Shown: positions 1 to 14,039, counted from the stretch's first letter. The stretch: 64,000 nt of DNA from Octopus vulgaris (GCA_951406725.2 OX597819.1:42222001-42286000); one strand, 5' to 3'. A program made the numbers and translations. The notes: a model not told the origin generated them from the sequence alone.

Positions 1-98
1 TACCCGACTTAACAATGATTCTGCCAGTTCGCCACCCTGATATAGATTAAAGTTTGTTTTTCTGCTTACTTATACAAAAAAAAAGCAATTTTCCAACA

Positions 99-340
99 CA
101 GTAATCCGTCGCCATATTGTGGTTCACCTATCGCTGTTCACCTATCGCGGTTCACCTATCGTGGTTTATTACTTAAGCTTGCGTCGATTCCTCCGTGGTG
201 TTCTTTTACATTTATAATAAAATAAATATATACAAATTATAAAAAAAATACAGTACAGTTTCTACTTCACGTATTTTTACCTGTGGCGGGTGGGGGTGGG
301 GGTTTGGAACGTAACACCCGCGGTAGTCGAGGGATTATTG
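99..340. mobile_element. Tigger/pogo-like MITE
   Basis: Ends CAGTAATCCGTCGCC.. and ..CCGCGGTAGTCGAGGGATTATTG form an imperfect TIR followed by TA. Resembles Tigger7/MER44-type termini. Internal 14-mer GTTCACCTATCG repeated three times. Confidence 0.6.
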
Positions 341-390
341 TAATCTGAAGGGTTACTTCTATACACTGGTAGAATACAAATTTATCATTC

Positions 391-524
391 TTAAACAAGA
401 ACACTAATGACAACGACTTCGAAGTTTCAACCAGCTAAGCCATCATCGAACTGTGGCTTAGAAGACCATCACTGGTTTAGCTGGCCGAAACTTCGAAGTC
501 ACTATCAATAATATTCTTGTTTAA
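391..524. repeat. Fold-back element (~52-bp arms) made of two decayed hammerhead-bearing Penelope-type ends
   Basis: TTAAACAAGAA..GACTTCGAAGTTTCAACCAGCTAAGCCA is the reverse complement of TGGTTTAGCTGGCCGAAACTTCGAAGTC..TTCTTGTTTAA. Each arm contains GAAAC-TTCGAA-GTC. Confidence 0.7.
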
Positions 525-593
525 TAACAGTATACTCGAAAACTATTTAGCGCTTTTGCCTTTTTCAGAGATTCACCATGAATGACTTCTTAT

Positions 594-757
594 ATAGAAT
601 ATATGTACCTTTTATGTACATGTGAGTTAGTTGGGGGAAAAAATCTGGAGTTGACTTTGGTTTCTTGGGGTGCCCTCTTTCCAAAACCCAAGAAATCAGA
701 GTCAGCTCCAGATTTTTCCCACAACTCACACATATATAAAAGGTAAGCATCTTCTAT
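594..757. repeat. Long imperfect palindrome (MITE-like hairpin)
   Basis: ACCTTTTAT..GTGAGTT..GGGAAAAAATCTGGAGTTGACTTTGGTTTCTTGGG pairs with CCCAAGAAATCAGAGTCAGCTCCAGATTTTTCCC..AACTCAC..ATAAAAGGT around a ~17-nt loop. Confidence 0.75.
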
Positions 758-866
758 CAGAAATCTTTCATGACGAATCTCTCACAAGGACAAAAGCAAT
801 AAACAAATGGTTCTTATTCAAACCCTGACCACCTCCTTTTTCTGTGCACCATTTCAAACAATCTGC

Positions 867-952
867 ACATACATACATACATACATACATACATACATAC
901 ATACATACATACATACATACATACATACATACATACATACATACATACATAC
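867..952. repeat. (ACAT)n microsatellite (further tracts at ~1466-1527 and ~1731-1798)
   Basis: Read directly from the sequence. Confidence 0.95.
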
Positions 953-985
953 TAGTTATCGAGTATGGCCATTGCACGAAGCTTA

Positions 986-1465
986 ACTGTTATTGGTGCT
1001 GTGATCGAATGTGACTTTTTAGCCCAGCTAAAGATCTACAATGTCTTGTACAGAATTGGCAGCTAAAACCTTTACCGGTAATAGCCGGCTGTAGTTGTAA
1101 CTGGGCTTCATGTACCTTTGCATGTCGTTTAAGTCCTCCTGCCGAATTACACTCTCTTCCACATGCCTGACAGATATGATTAGTATGGTGTGTAACACCA
1201 CCAGTGGCCAGGTTGTCACTCATCTGTCTCGCTTTATGACTACGAAGATGACTCTTGAGTCCAGCTTTACTGAGGCAGGGTCTTGCACAGATACTGCATG
1301 TCAGCATCATAGGAAGACCCTTCCCATCTGGAAGTGTAACAGCGATGCTCTTCCTGACATCCCTCTTTACTTTCTCATGCGCAACTCGAGATTTCTCAAA
1401 AGTAGCTGTCCCCTCGTGCACAATCCTTCTCCACCTGCTACGATCAATAGCTATGCCTTCTTGTA
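986..1465 (-). mobile_element. RTE-clade LINE 3' fragment with three C2H2 zinc fingers
   Basis: Translation AIDRSRWRRIVHEG..FE (RTE C-terminus), then CSIC..GLKSHLRSH, CQAC..GLKRHAKVH and CQFC..GLKSHIRSQH. Confidence 0.75.
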
Positions 1466-1527
1466 TACATACATACATACATACATACATACATACATAC
1501 ATACATACATACATACATACATACATA

Positions 1528-1725
1528 GTGAATCCAAACAAGGAAGAACAAACAAGAAAAAAACAATAACACGAGGACGTGGTACAAGTACTGTGTTATC
1601 AGGCGCTCAGGAAAGGAAAGACAAGAAAGGATTTCACGTTTCGAGCAAAGCTCTTCATCAGAAATATAGGTAAGTCCAAGAAAGGGAGGAGAGAGGAAAA
1701 AAATAGCCAACGATACACAATTAGT
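1528..1725 (-). mobile_element. Penelope-like pLTR fragment between (ACAT)n tracts
   Basis: Contains a hammerhead motif. Its tail matches 43047-43130 (+) and resembles 32300-32395. Confidence 0.6.
1631..1665 (-). ncRNA. Minimal type I hammerhead ribozyme motif (cleavage triplet GUG, probably inactive)
   Basis: Minus strand ATTT-CTGATGA-A-GAGC-TTT-GCTC-GAA-ACGT-G-AAAT. Confidence 0.65.
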
Positions 1726-1729
1726 TACA

Positions 1730-1760
<31 letters not shown>

Positions 1761-2204
1761 CATACATACATACATACATACATACATACATACATACATG
1801 TTCAGGTTTATGCCTGTAACTATTGGCACACTGGGATACGTAACACACTGTCTAAGCACCAATCTTTAGAAATTAAGTTTCTCAAAACCAGAAAGGAGAA
1901 AGTTGATCCGATGACTACTGATGTGAGCCATCACTAGAACTGTAAAATTTTGTAAAACTTTCCAGAAGTTTATCATTTAAGCGTATATGCGAATGTCTAG
2001 ACTTGTAACTATATGTAAGAGAATATATAAAACAAAACATACAAATCTGCTCATACACTGACTCCAAATACTTCACGTAAACATACAAGCTTGAAAAACT
2101 GTCCTGTTGATGTTCAAATTTCAACGAAGGAGCCTTGGATCTAGGTTAGAAACCGGCTCTTTCTCTATTGGTAAGAAATCCTGAAATACACATACACAAC
2201 ACCT

Positions 2205-2430
2205 GGAAAGGTGCGTGGCCGAGTGGTTAGGGAATTGGACTCTCAATTATAAGGTCGTGGTTTCGATTCTCAGACCGGGCAGTGCGTTGTGTTCTTGAAC
2301 AAAGCATTTCATGTTACTTCAATAGCCTCAAGTGAAATTGAGGACGGGCAGCAGGTGGGGGTTAAACCCTGAGATGCACTGCTGTTCCGTTCAGCAGAAG
2401 AGTTGAACTTTTGGTTGCTTATACACTTTC
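2205..2430 (+). mobile_element. tRNA-derived SINE (family D)
   Basis: A box TGGCCGAGTGG, B-box-like GTTTCGATTCT, then GCGTTGTGTTCTTGAACAAAGCA. Related minus-strand copy at ~30290-30480. Confidence 0.7.
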
Positions 2431-2444
2431 GGTCGCTTATGTGT

Positions 2445-2485
<41 letters not shown>

Positions 2486-2796
2486 TAAGATTTCGCTTAC
2501 ATGTACGTATAGCTTCGAGAAGTTATATGCATATGCACTCAGCCCTGAGTGTACTGCTTCTTAAAGCAGAAACAGCTGTAAGCTTATGAAGTTAATTCTG
2601 TAATTCTTGTTCCCCTGTTATTCGTAGGCAAAAGAAATTTAATCCCCTAACTTCGTCCCCGAAAGTAACAAATGGCTCTATATTACCAAACGGTTTACGC
2701 ACACTTGCTAGAGCGAATATTCTAAAAACATTTCTAACCTTAGAATATAAACACATCTCAACCAATCATATTATTGAAAACTATTTAACAGATGTA

Positions 2797-2920
2797 ATCA
2801 TCATCATCATCGTCGTCGTCGTCGTCGACGTCTTCTTCTTCTTCTTCTTCTTCTTCTTCTTCTTCTTCTTCTTCTTCTTCTTCTTCTTCTTCTTCTTCTT
2901 CTTCTTCTTCTTCATCTTCC
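2797..2920. repeat. (TCA)n/(TCG)n/(TCT)n trinucleotide microsatellite
   Basis: Read directly. Produces the spurious poly-E/D ORF. Confidence 0.9.
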
Positions 2921-3584
2921 TTCTCCTCCTTCACCCCTTCTTCCCCAGCTCCTTCTTCATGTGTCATGCCTAGAAGCGTCGGTGGGCAGAGACCTCCACG
3001 CCTCCTGTCCCCCACATAAATTAAGCTAATTAATCTTGATTAAAATATCAAGTTCTATTACAAATATTCAAAACATGGTATCACATGCACCAGCAACAAA
3101 AGTAAAGCCATATGCTCATTCAGAAATACCAACGCATGCCCACTAAACATTTTCGCAAGCCATTTCATGTAAACGATATAAAGGCAAAAATGGAGGAAGT
3201 TAAAGCAGATGTGATACAACCATACTTCAGCTTTAAAATACATTGAAATTAGAATAGCCGGCTACACTTGGCAATTAAAAGAGAACTCTTCCAATTGCAG
3301 CATCAAATGGAAGATTTATAAGAAAATAAAGAAAACTTGGCATAGCACCAAACAATTCACCCTAAAATATCTACGTAACAATGGTCTCTACTTGAATATC
3401 AAATCAAATATTTTAGGGAAATGTAGGCGCTTTGAGAAGTATCTGCTTATCAAACATTTGGGATATTTGACTAGTTCATATATATACGTGTGCACGTGTC
3501 TATTGGTTGGACGATCAATGGGAAGAATGGAAGTAGAAATGATTTTGAACTGTCTATCTTTCTACCTACTGTCTATATATCTAC

Positions 3585-4019
3585 ATTTGACTGTCTCCGC
3601 CACATTCTTCGCTGCCGACGCATTGATCGGGCTCCTACAGCCGGTCTTCGTCGTCGCCTGAATCTCCAGCTCCTCCGTTCGGTGCTTCTACAACGGCGCT
3701 TAAGGTGGTTCGGTCATGCGGCCCGGTGTCCAGAGGGTGAGCTAATTCTCGATGTCCTCCTCCCACCTCCACTTCCCAGCTGGCGCAAACGCAAGGGCGA
3801 GCAGCTGAAGACCTGGGCGACGACGATAAGGGAGGACCTCTCTGAACTCTCAGGTCCGCAGGTGGTCGGTCTGCGCAGATGGAACCGTGAATGGCTTGCT
3901 ATCTCCAGTGACCTCGCACAGGACCGTCGAGCGTGGGCCGCCATGGTTCGTGATGCCGTTAGGAACAGAGAAGAAGCCGGCTCAACCCGCCCTGGGTGAA
4001 CGCCGTCACAAGTACAAGT
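3585..4019 (+). mobile_element. RTE LINE 3' end with (CAAGTA)n tail
   Basis: CLRHIL..QRRLRWFGHAAR..KTW..LAQDRRAWAAMVRDAV, then stop, then CACAAGTACAAGT. Confidence 0.85.
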
Positions 4020-4194
4020 GGAAGAGAGTGTAATTCGGCAGGAGGACTTAAACGACATGCAAAGGTACATGAAGCCCAGTTACAACTACAGCCGGCTATT
4101 ACCGGTAAAGGTTTTAGCTGCCAATTCTGTACAAGACATTGTAGATCTTTAGCTGGGCTAAAAAGTCACATTTTATCACAGCACCAGTAACAGT
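4018..4194 (+). mobile_element. Second copy of the zinc-finger LINE end (inverted copy of 986-1162)
   Basis: Reverse complement of 986-1162 with about three substitutions. Confidence 0.9.
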
Positions 4195-4944
4195 CATTTG
4201 ACATGCTCAGTGCTGTGTATCCCTAAATAACTTTTCCGTTACAGACATCACCGCAGTGAATAAGACCCACCACAATAATAGCATCAATCCTAGCGCGTAA
4301 GTTCGCGTCTTAAACTGTAAAATTATAACTGCGTGATTTAGAAGTTTGCTTCGCAATCACATAGTTTCCAGTTCAGGCACTTTGGAAAAAATACATATGA
4401 AACATGAATAGAGTCGACCAATTCCTTCTAAGTTGAATTTGCTAGATGAAAACTGTGGGCAATCCAGACGTTTTAGAACGGATGTAAAATATGGAGTTAT
4501 GGAATCTGTTCTTCCAGTAGAAGTATGTACAGTCGGTTTCCGAGAAGATCCACGATATTCTGTCAGGCTGGTTTAGGACGGATGGCACACCAGTGATACA
4601 ATGATTGGCAGAGAGTAGAGGAAAGCAGGAGAAGCTTTAGCACAGATGTGGCTGTTGCATATTAGAGAAAGTCCGAAACTGGGAGCACGAAAAAAAGATG
4701 AGTGATGTTTTCATCTGAGTCCATTTAAACTCAGAAGTACGAGACAAAAGAGGGAAAGGATGTCGAAGGAGATGTTTTTGTCTATATATTATGTATTTAA
4801 ACACTTTCACAGCAGTTATGATAGCTTGAGCAAGTTTTTCTATAAATTCATTTTGTTACTTCAGACACACTGAATATATTAGAAGATAAAATCGGTCTGT
4901 CTGAAGAGGATGCATTCATTTGCATATATGCTGTTATTCTGTTA

Positions 4945-5145
4945 TTCTTTTATTCTTATTTCAGTCATTTGACTGCGACCATGCTGGAGCACCGCTTTTA
5001 GTCGAACAAATCGAGCACCAGGACTTATTCTTTGTAAGCCTAGTACTTATTCTATCGGTCTCTTTTGCCGATAGAGGTAAACACCGGGAGGTAAACACAC
5101 CAACATCGGTTGTCAAGCCATGGTGGGAGAGACACAGACACACAA

Positions 5146-5187
<42 letters not shown>

Positions 5188-5281
5188 GAGGGCTTCTTTC
5201 AGTCTCCGCCAACCAAATCCATTCACAAGGCTTTGGTCAGCCTGAGGCTATTAGTAGAAGACACTTGCCCAAGATGCCACG
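4945..5281 (-). mobile_element. SINE family A (CORE-like, probably Octopus OR2 type), 5'-truncated
   Basis: TTTCAGTCATTTGACTGCG..CATGCTGGAGCACCGC..CCAAATCC..CACAAGGCTTTGGTC..AGAAGACACTTGCCCAAG, shared with many copies in the window. Confidence 0.85.
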
Positions 5282-5746
5282 GGCACGATAATGTAGTTAA
5301 AAAATTCGCTTCTCAACGGACTGGTTTTGGCTTCAATTCCATTGCACGGCTGCTCACGCAGCATCTTGTGCGGCACCTCACAAAGCATCTCACGCGGCAT
5401 GTATTTGCTCCAACAACCTCCGGTCTGGCGATTTGATCAGCGAAAGCAGTGGAAAAGCTCATCCATACCGTGTGTGTGTGACCATTTGGCAGGAAGGTGA
5501 TGCCTGTTACGTTACCATAATTTAGCTGTTGTGTCAACGGCGACGGAAATGAATTGAAGAATGTATATACAAATACATCCAGATATATATATATATATAT
5601 ATACATACATATCCACCCGCCAACCCTTCCATTCAGCAATCTTTCTGTACATGTGCACATTCGCATGACTTTTTATTAATGTGGATACGTAACCTACATC
5701 TATGCATAAATGCAGATAGTTGACGTATGAACGGTCATATATACAT

Positions 5747-6343
<597 letters not shown>

Positions 6344-6904
6344 GAGATGGATAAATATGTGTGAGTGCGCGTAGTGTGTGTATATTTGTGTATCTGTCAG
6401 CATACTTTGGGAAAACACTGAATGGAATCGTTAAGATAAAATGCAGAACCATGTTTTTTTTTTTCTTTTTACTTTCTCAAGGTTACGGTTATTTTGTTAA
6501 GACAACATATACACTCTCCGCGCGCGCACGCATACGCGTATGTATATTATCCGTAACACTAACGTCATCACACACACGTAATTATTAAGTATACACTTTA
6601 CATATGCAACCTCCTATGGTCATGTAAGAAAACACACATTTATACATACACACACACACACACACATATATATATACTGTATACATACCTATATATGTGT
6701 ATACACATACACGCATATATATATATATATATATATATATTATGGATATTGTCTGTCAGAATAAACTTTTACATATGTGTAGGCATTTATTCCTTTTTAC
6801 AGACACAAATATGCACATTAAATACATACGAATATACATACATACATACATATATATACATATATGTATGTATGTATGTATATATATATTTATACATACA
6901 TATG

Positions 6905-6943
<39 letters not shown>

Positions 6944-6993
6944 GTATGTATATATATATATATACATACATATATATATATATACATACATAT

Positions 6994-7074
<81 letters not shown>

Positions 7075-7270
7075 AATATTTAATATTGTATAATATATAT
7101 ATATATACACACATATATATTTACGCAAAACATATGTAAAAGCTTACAAAGAATAAGAAAAAGAACTCAATATGTATGTAAAGCGTAAATATTTACTGTA
7201 ACACTGGAGTTATATAAATACATACAGACATAGATATACATATATATATAGATATATATAAATGCATATA

Positions 7271-7635
7271 TTCTTTTATTCTTTTATTTGTTTCAGTCAT
7301 ATGACTGCGGCCATGCTGGAACATCGCATTTAATCGGGCAAATCGACTCCAGGACTGATTGTTTGTAAGTCTTAGTGCTTATTCTATCGGTCTCTTTTGC
7401 CGAACCGCTAGGTAGACACACCAGCATCGGCTGTGAAGCAATGTTGGGAGGATAAACATAGACACATACACACCCGACAGGCTTCTTTCAGTTTCCGTTT
7501 ACCAAATCCACTTACAAGGCTTTGGTCGGCTCGAAGCTATTGTAGAAGACACTTGCCCAAGGTGCCATGCAGTGGGACTGAACCCGGAATCATATGGTTG
7601 ATAAGCAAGCTACTTACCACACATCCACTCCTGCG
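7271..7635 (-). mobile_element. SINE family A
   Basis: Head CGCAGGAGTGG..TGTGGTAAGTAGCTTGC on the minus strand, plus body and tail. Confidence 0.85.
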
Positions 7636-7638
7636 TTA

Positions 7639-7682
<44 letters not shown>

Positions 7683-8302
7683 TGGCATATACATATAGAC
7701 ACCAATTATGTATGTATGTATGTATGTATGTATGTATTATGTATGTATGTATGTATGTATGTATGTCTATCTGTATGTATGTATGTATGTATGTATGTAT
7801 GTATGTATGTATGTATGTATGTATGTGTGTATGTGTGTGTATACGACTGTATATAGAAACACACTTGCTCAGCTCGTATAACTGTCGTTTCTGAAATAAT
7901 CATTATATCACCCCTCACTCACCCCCCATATCTCATTCATCCATTTTACCTCTCTTCCAACTTCATTCTCTCCCACCCTCCTTACAATACATCAGACGGC
8001 TATCCCAGCATTCACTCCTGTTTGTCAAACCCGCCCATCAACCGGCTCACCAGATACCAGTTTTCTTACACACGCACTCATATACTCATATCACACACAT
8101 ACTCACACACACGCACACACACACACATGCACACACACACACACACACACTCACACACACACACGCACGCACACACACATCACATACACATATACATTTA
8201 TACATACATAAAAACACATATACATACTAACGTATATATATATATATATTTGCATATATATACATACTCATATACATATATACACATCCATGCATACACA
8301 CA

Positions 8303-8354
<52 letters not shown>

Positions 8355-8950
8355 TAAAATATATATACGTTCACAATCCTGTACATACGTATATTATATA
8401 GTACATATATGTATATATATATGTGTGTGTATATATGTATATATATATATGTATATATGTATATATATATATATATATGTGTGTGTATATATATATGTAT
8501 GTATCTATGTGTATATATGTATGTATATTTTCATGTGTGTATTCATGTATCTATGTACTTGTACACATGCATGTGGAAATGAACTAGTGGGATGTGACGA
8601 AGTCAAGAGTTGGAATTCTGTCTGGTTAGTGACAGCGAGACACCACCGACAACTAATAATAAACCAACGTTAATAACTGGAGCTCGTTGCAAGAAATGTC
8701 CCGGATATAGTACTCACAGCAGAAAGAACTTGTGGGTTGCACATGCATATCATATATATATATTGTCGTGCAAAGCTGTTGGTTGGTGTACGCTCTTACG
8801 TAACGGATCAGAGGTTTATATCTCTTTCGATTTTTGGCTCAACATTTAATACTTCGTAATTATGTCGTAGATATATCACAGTTCACCACCATGATTAAAT
8901 GTCTTTTACTAGAATTCATGAGTGAAATTTAATAGAAACTATCTATGTGT

Positions 8951-9084
8951 CAGTGGCACAGTGTAGGGGCGTGCAGAGTGTATGGACCGCACAGGATGGT
9001 TACTCTATATACATGTTATGCTTCAGCAAAGGCTCAGCCAATTTGGAGACTGCACTGAACGTCTGAAAACCACACGCCCCACTG
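8951..9084. mobile_element. Small hAT-like MITE
   Basis: Termini CAGTGG../..CCACTG flanked by near-matching 8-mers CTATGTGT and CTGTGTGG (decayed TSD). Confidence 0.4.
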
Positions 9085-9514
9085 CTGTGTGGTAACTTGC
9101 CAAATGATTATCGTTATAGGGTGGTGTATTTAAACCGTAGCCCAATTTAGCAACACCTCTGACTGTTAAGCAGACTCTTCTCTGTAACAAGTGTTCTGAT
9201 TAGGTTTCTCACCTGAGGAAAGTACTTGATATTATAATGTTAATACTTCTTAGAGCAGCAACAAATCAGTTGTGATTTCTTGCTTGTTATTCCCCACCAT
9301 CATTCATCGAAGCTCTACAAAATAATTTTTGGGAACCTTTTCACCGTTTTCACCCCTGATAAAATCATAAAATAAATATAGGTTACAGGTATACTCAACC
9401 ATTCTACAGCATAGCAATCTCATGAAACATTGCTCAGATAAGCGCTAATCTCTTTAATATCTGGACAAATTTTTTCAAGGAATACCAGATAAGCCACCTA
9501 TACCTGGATACAAC

Positions 9515-9957
9515 TTACTCTTTTATTCCTTTACTTGTTTCAGTCATTTGACTGTAGCCATGCTAGAGCACCGCCTTTAGTCTAGCAAATCGAACCCAGG
9601 ACTTATTCTTTGTAAGCTTAGTACTTATTATATCGGTCTCTTTTGCCGAACCGCTAAGTTACGGGAACGTAAGCACATCAGCATCGGTTGTCAAGCGATG
9701 CTGGGGGACAAACACAGACACACAAACACACACATACACACACACATACACACACACACACACTCACACACACACATATATATATACATATATACGACGG
9801 GCTTCTTTCAGTTTCTGTCTACCAAATCCACTCACAAGGCTTTGGTCGGTCCGAGGCTATAGTAGAAGACACTTGCGCAAGGTGCCACGCAGTGGGACTG
9901 AACCCGGAACCATGTGATTGGTAGGCAAGCTACTTTCCACACAGCCACTCCTACGCC
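9515..9957 (-). mobile_element. SINE family A, full length
   Basis: GGCGTAGGAGTGGCTGTGTGG head through the tail, with an internal (CA)n tract. Confidence 0.9.
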
Positions 9958-10827
9958 TATAAGAATTCTCTACCCGAATGGACTATGATACCACAAACCT
10001 TGAATTAAAAAGGATTTAGATAATCTTATCAGATGGTGCTATTAATTTAAACATGTCCTGGACCAATCTTTGATCGAAACATATTTAAGTTTATATGTTG
10101 TTGTTGTTGTTATTTAAGCTTCCAGTTCGCTACATTTTGTGTTCAATTATTGCCGAAATAAACCTTGCCTTTCATTCTGCCGAGGTCGGTAAAATGAAGC
10201 TCCAGTCATGCACTGAGGACGATTATTCCCCTTCCCTCAAGCCCATTCTCTCAAAATTACTGGCTTTGTACCTGAAACAGAAACTTTTTTTAAATGTCAG
10301 TGATCTGGCAGAATCGTTAGGCCATCGCTAAAACTGTTTTGCAGTTTTTCTTCCGATTCTTTACATTCTATGTTCAAATCTCGCTTGATAGAACGTGTAA
10401 CTGTAGGGATGTCATAATTGCCTTTTGAGTAACCCGCCCCACCTGACAAACGTATATCTTCCGTTCAGACACTCGATAAAGTAATACTACTATATAGATG
10501 CGACAGCGTCAACATTCAAATCGCGATGGAGCAATCATATATATTCTTTCAGCAATAGGCACATATATTATATATCACTAGAAAAATATATTAAATATCA
10601 TATAGAAACAATGTTTACTCTATTTCGTGGTCAATTATACAGAGAACACGGCCATATAAAGGAATCTGGGAAAGTTGTAATTTATGTTGGATAGAGGTGC
10701 TTGAAAATCTAAATATCGGTTTTGACTAATTAATAAACATACGTAGTTAATTCGTTGTTCGTACCAATGTAATAGAGAAAAAGTCTTTTTTAATGTAATG
10801 TAATAGAAATAGTCCTTTTTAATGTAA

Positions 10828-10940
10828 CGCATCCTCTTCCACTTCTTGTGGAAAGGAAACGTTCCGATGGTCAGGCGATCCGTTTGCTGTCAACACCTGC
10901 TGAAAGGTGGGCTGGGCATGCCGCGGTTGATGATGTGCCG
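10828..10940 (+). mobile_element. L1/Tx1-clade LINE ORF2 fragment
   Basis: Translates as RILFHFLWKGNVPMVRRSVCCQHLLKGGLGMP (the FLW..GGLG motif downstream of RT). Confidence 0.7.
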
Positions 10941-11324
10941 TTTGTACATATATTTTTTTTAATTTTTACAAGAAAAAATTTTACTGTGGTTTCGTAGTTT
11001 CGGCTGCTCACCGTCATCAGACTGCCATGTACACACACACACACATACACACACATGATATTATATATTATATATGCATACATACATACACATACGTGTG
11101 TATATGTGTGTATATGTATGCATGTATAAATATACGCATAAATATACATAAAAATATATATAAATAAATGCGTACATACACATACACATGCACACGCACA
11201 TATTATATGTAATATACATATGTGTGTGTGTGCACATATATATATGTATATATATACTCACACACACATATATATATATATATATATTGATATATATATA
11301 TATATATATTCAATGTACACACAC

Positions 11325-11366
<42 letters not shown>

Positions 11367-11392
11367 TCACACACACACACATATATGTATAT

Positions 11393-11430
<38 letters not shown>

Positions 11431-11538
11431 TCAAATCTGCATAGTATATGACCTAGTTTAAGGTATTCACTTTGGCATATTTATTCAACGAAGCATTACA
11501 ATTCTTCGGAAGTACAAAAGGTTAAAAATATGGCCACA

Positions 11539-11705
<167 letters not shown>

Positions 11706-11867
11706 TTGTTTGTTATATGAAATACAAAACTCAACCACCACCACCACATATATCTGCACATAAACGCGAATTTAATACTGTAAAAGCGTATTCGGTTGTG
11801 ACATTGTATTTTATATATGGTGACATCTAAGTGAGTATATTTCTATTATATCGTGCGCACGCACACA

Positions 11868-11930
<63 letters not shown>

Positions 11931-12005
11931 GACGTGTTTGTAAGTACGACAGGGCGAGAACAAATGGATGGGAGATAAAGTTAGATAGATTGATAGACAG
12001 ATAAA

Positions 12006-12047
<42 letters not shown>

Positions 12048-12199
12048 GAGAGGGAGAGCCATGCAGTGCGGTCCTATATTCCTATATTTATTGTCTGTAG
12101 TGTTGTGTATTCCATATTATGTTTTCGTTGCTATTGTCTGTGTTTTAAGCTGTGTGTTTATGCTGATGTAGTTGAAACCCAGAATGGAACCTACATAAC

Positions 12200-12578
12200 T
12201 ATTTTTACTCTAGGCACAAGGCCTTGAAAAGTTTGGGGGAAGGTGGCTAGTCGCTTATATTGGCCCCAGTGCGTAACTGGTACATATTTCGTCGATCCCG
12301 AGGGGATAAAAGGCAAAGTTGATCTCGGCGGAATTTGAACTCAGAACCTATTTCTTTACTACCCACAAGGGGCTAAACACAGAGAGGACAAACAAGGACA
12401 GACAAACGGATTAAGTCGATTATATCGACCCCGATGCGTAACTGGTACTTGTTTAATCGAACCCGAAAGGCTGAAAGGCAAAGTTGACCTCGGCGGAATT
12501 TGAACTCAGAACGTAACGGCAGAAGAAATATCGCTAAGCATTTCGTCCGGCGTGCTAACAATTCTGCCAGCTCACCGT
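12200..12578 (-). mobile_element. Two adjacent or nested SINEs of family B (Nin/Deu-like central domain)
   Basis: Head GGTGAGCTGGCAGAA and domain GCCTTT..CCT.TCGGG.TCGAT.AA..AGTACCAG, with two different 3' tails. Confidence 0.85.
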
Positions 12579-12981
12579 CCTGGGAACCTGTATGATGAAT
12601 GGTATTTCTGTCTTGAATATCTTGTGTTTTTTGTGCGTGCAGACATGGTGGGATTTGAAATGAGAAAGCAAAAACTGAAATAAATACCACACGGTATCTG
12701 GCCCCATATTTTTGCGGTTCCCACTGTCCATTGCCCTGGATTTGTTTTGCATCTATCTATCTGGGATTTGAACCTGGAGCGCTAAGGTTTAGAACAAATA
12801 TTGCAAAATATTTTATTCGACGTTCTAACGGTTCTTCTAATTTTCGGTATAAAGTATATATTTAGTTTGTCTAAGAAATGCAAAAAAGAACGAAAAAGAC
12901 TAAAGGCAGGAAACTTACGTCTGGAATACTTGTGACGTGGGTCTGTGTTTCAAGGCTTGGTTCCCAACAGCAACTGCCAGT

Positions 12982-13486
12982 GGAGGCGCAATGGCCCAGT
13001 GGTTAGGGCAGCGGACTCGCGGTCGTAAGAACGCTGTTTCGATTCCCAGACCGGGCATTGTGAATTTTATAGAGCAAAAACACCTAAGCTCCACAAGGCT
13101 CCGGCGGGTGGTGAACGCCGCTGTACTCTTTCACCACAACTTTCACTCTTTCTTCCTGCTTCTGCCACAAAGCAGAGGAAGTGTGGTATAAACCACTATG
13201 GTGTGGTAAACTAGTCTAGATTGCGAATCCTCTGCACCCCAGGGTGGTTCAGCTCTCCACCCGTTAAAAGCCACCGTTTACGGAATGAGGATAACAACGT
13301 AGCTTTCGCGCCCGTGCAACCGCCAGTCTATCGCGTGTGGTGGGTGGATCTTCAAGTTTCTACACTCATTCTTAGTAGCTTAGAGTAGGTTCGAATTAGA
13401 GATTATTTTCTGTGGCTAATGGCGTGAGTCCTGATTGGAAGAAGAAGAAGAAGAAGAAGAAGAAGAAGAAGAAGAAGAAGAAGAAG
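12982..13486 (+). mobile_element. SINE family C (tRNA-Arg-like head) with a long 3' part ending in (GAA)n
   Basis: GGAGGCGCAATGGCCCAGTGGTTAGGGCAGCGGACTCGCGGTCG..GTTTCGATTCCCAGACC, ending CCTGATTG(GAA)n. Confidence 0.75.
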
Positions 13487-13867
13487 ACAGCAACTGCCAT
13501 TCCAAGGGAGTTCATTACGCCAATACCTTAGCTTTCTTTTTTTTAAGGGCCCTCAGTCTTATATGGCCGGTTACCTGGCTTCAAAAGCAAATAAGTAACC
13601 GAAATCAAATCATTCCTCTGAATGCGATGCCGACCCGCTGTAGGATTTTTTTCTAGTTTATCTTTACAAAGTTAAATTTCATTGCTTTTAGAATTTGTTT
13701 CCCTTTCAACATTAGAATATTTGAAAAAATGGACAGTATGATTTATAAGAAATATTTTTTTCAAAATTTGAAAATTTTCGCGAGATAAAATAATAAAGCC
13801 ACGAACAATTTCGCACACACGCACGATGTGTGGCAAAATACAATTTCTTTCAATTTTTGTGTCTTTA

Positions 13868-14039
<172 letters not shown>

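Noticed and set aside
8593-8880. Solo LTR (TGTGA..TCACA)
   Set aside because: No target-site duplication and no second copy.
9386-9506. Tigger-like MITE (CAGGTATA..TATACCTG)
   Set aside because: Only 8 bp of TIR match and the TA duplication is present on one side only.
12982-13055. tRNA gene
   Set aside because: A and B boxes are present, but it continues into a SINE body and lacks a proper cloverleaf and terminator.
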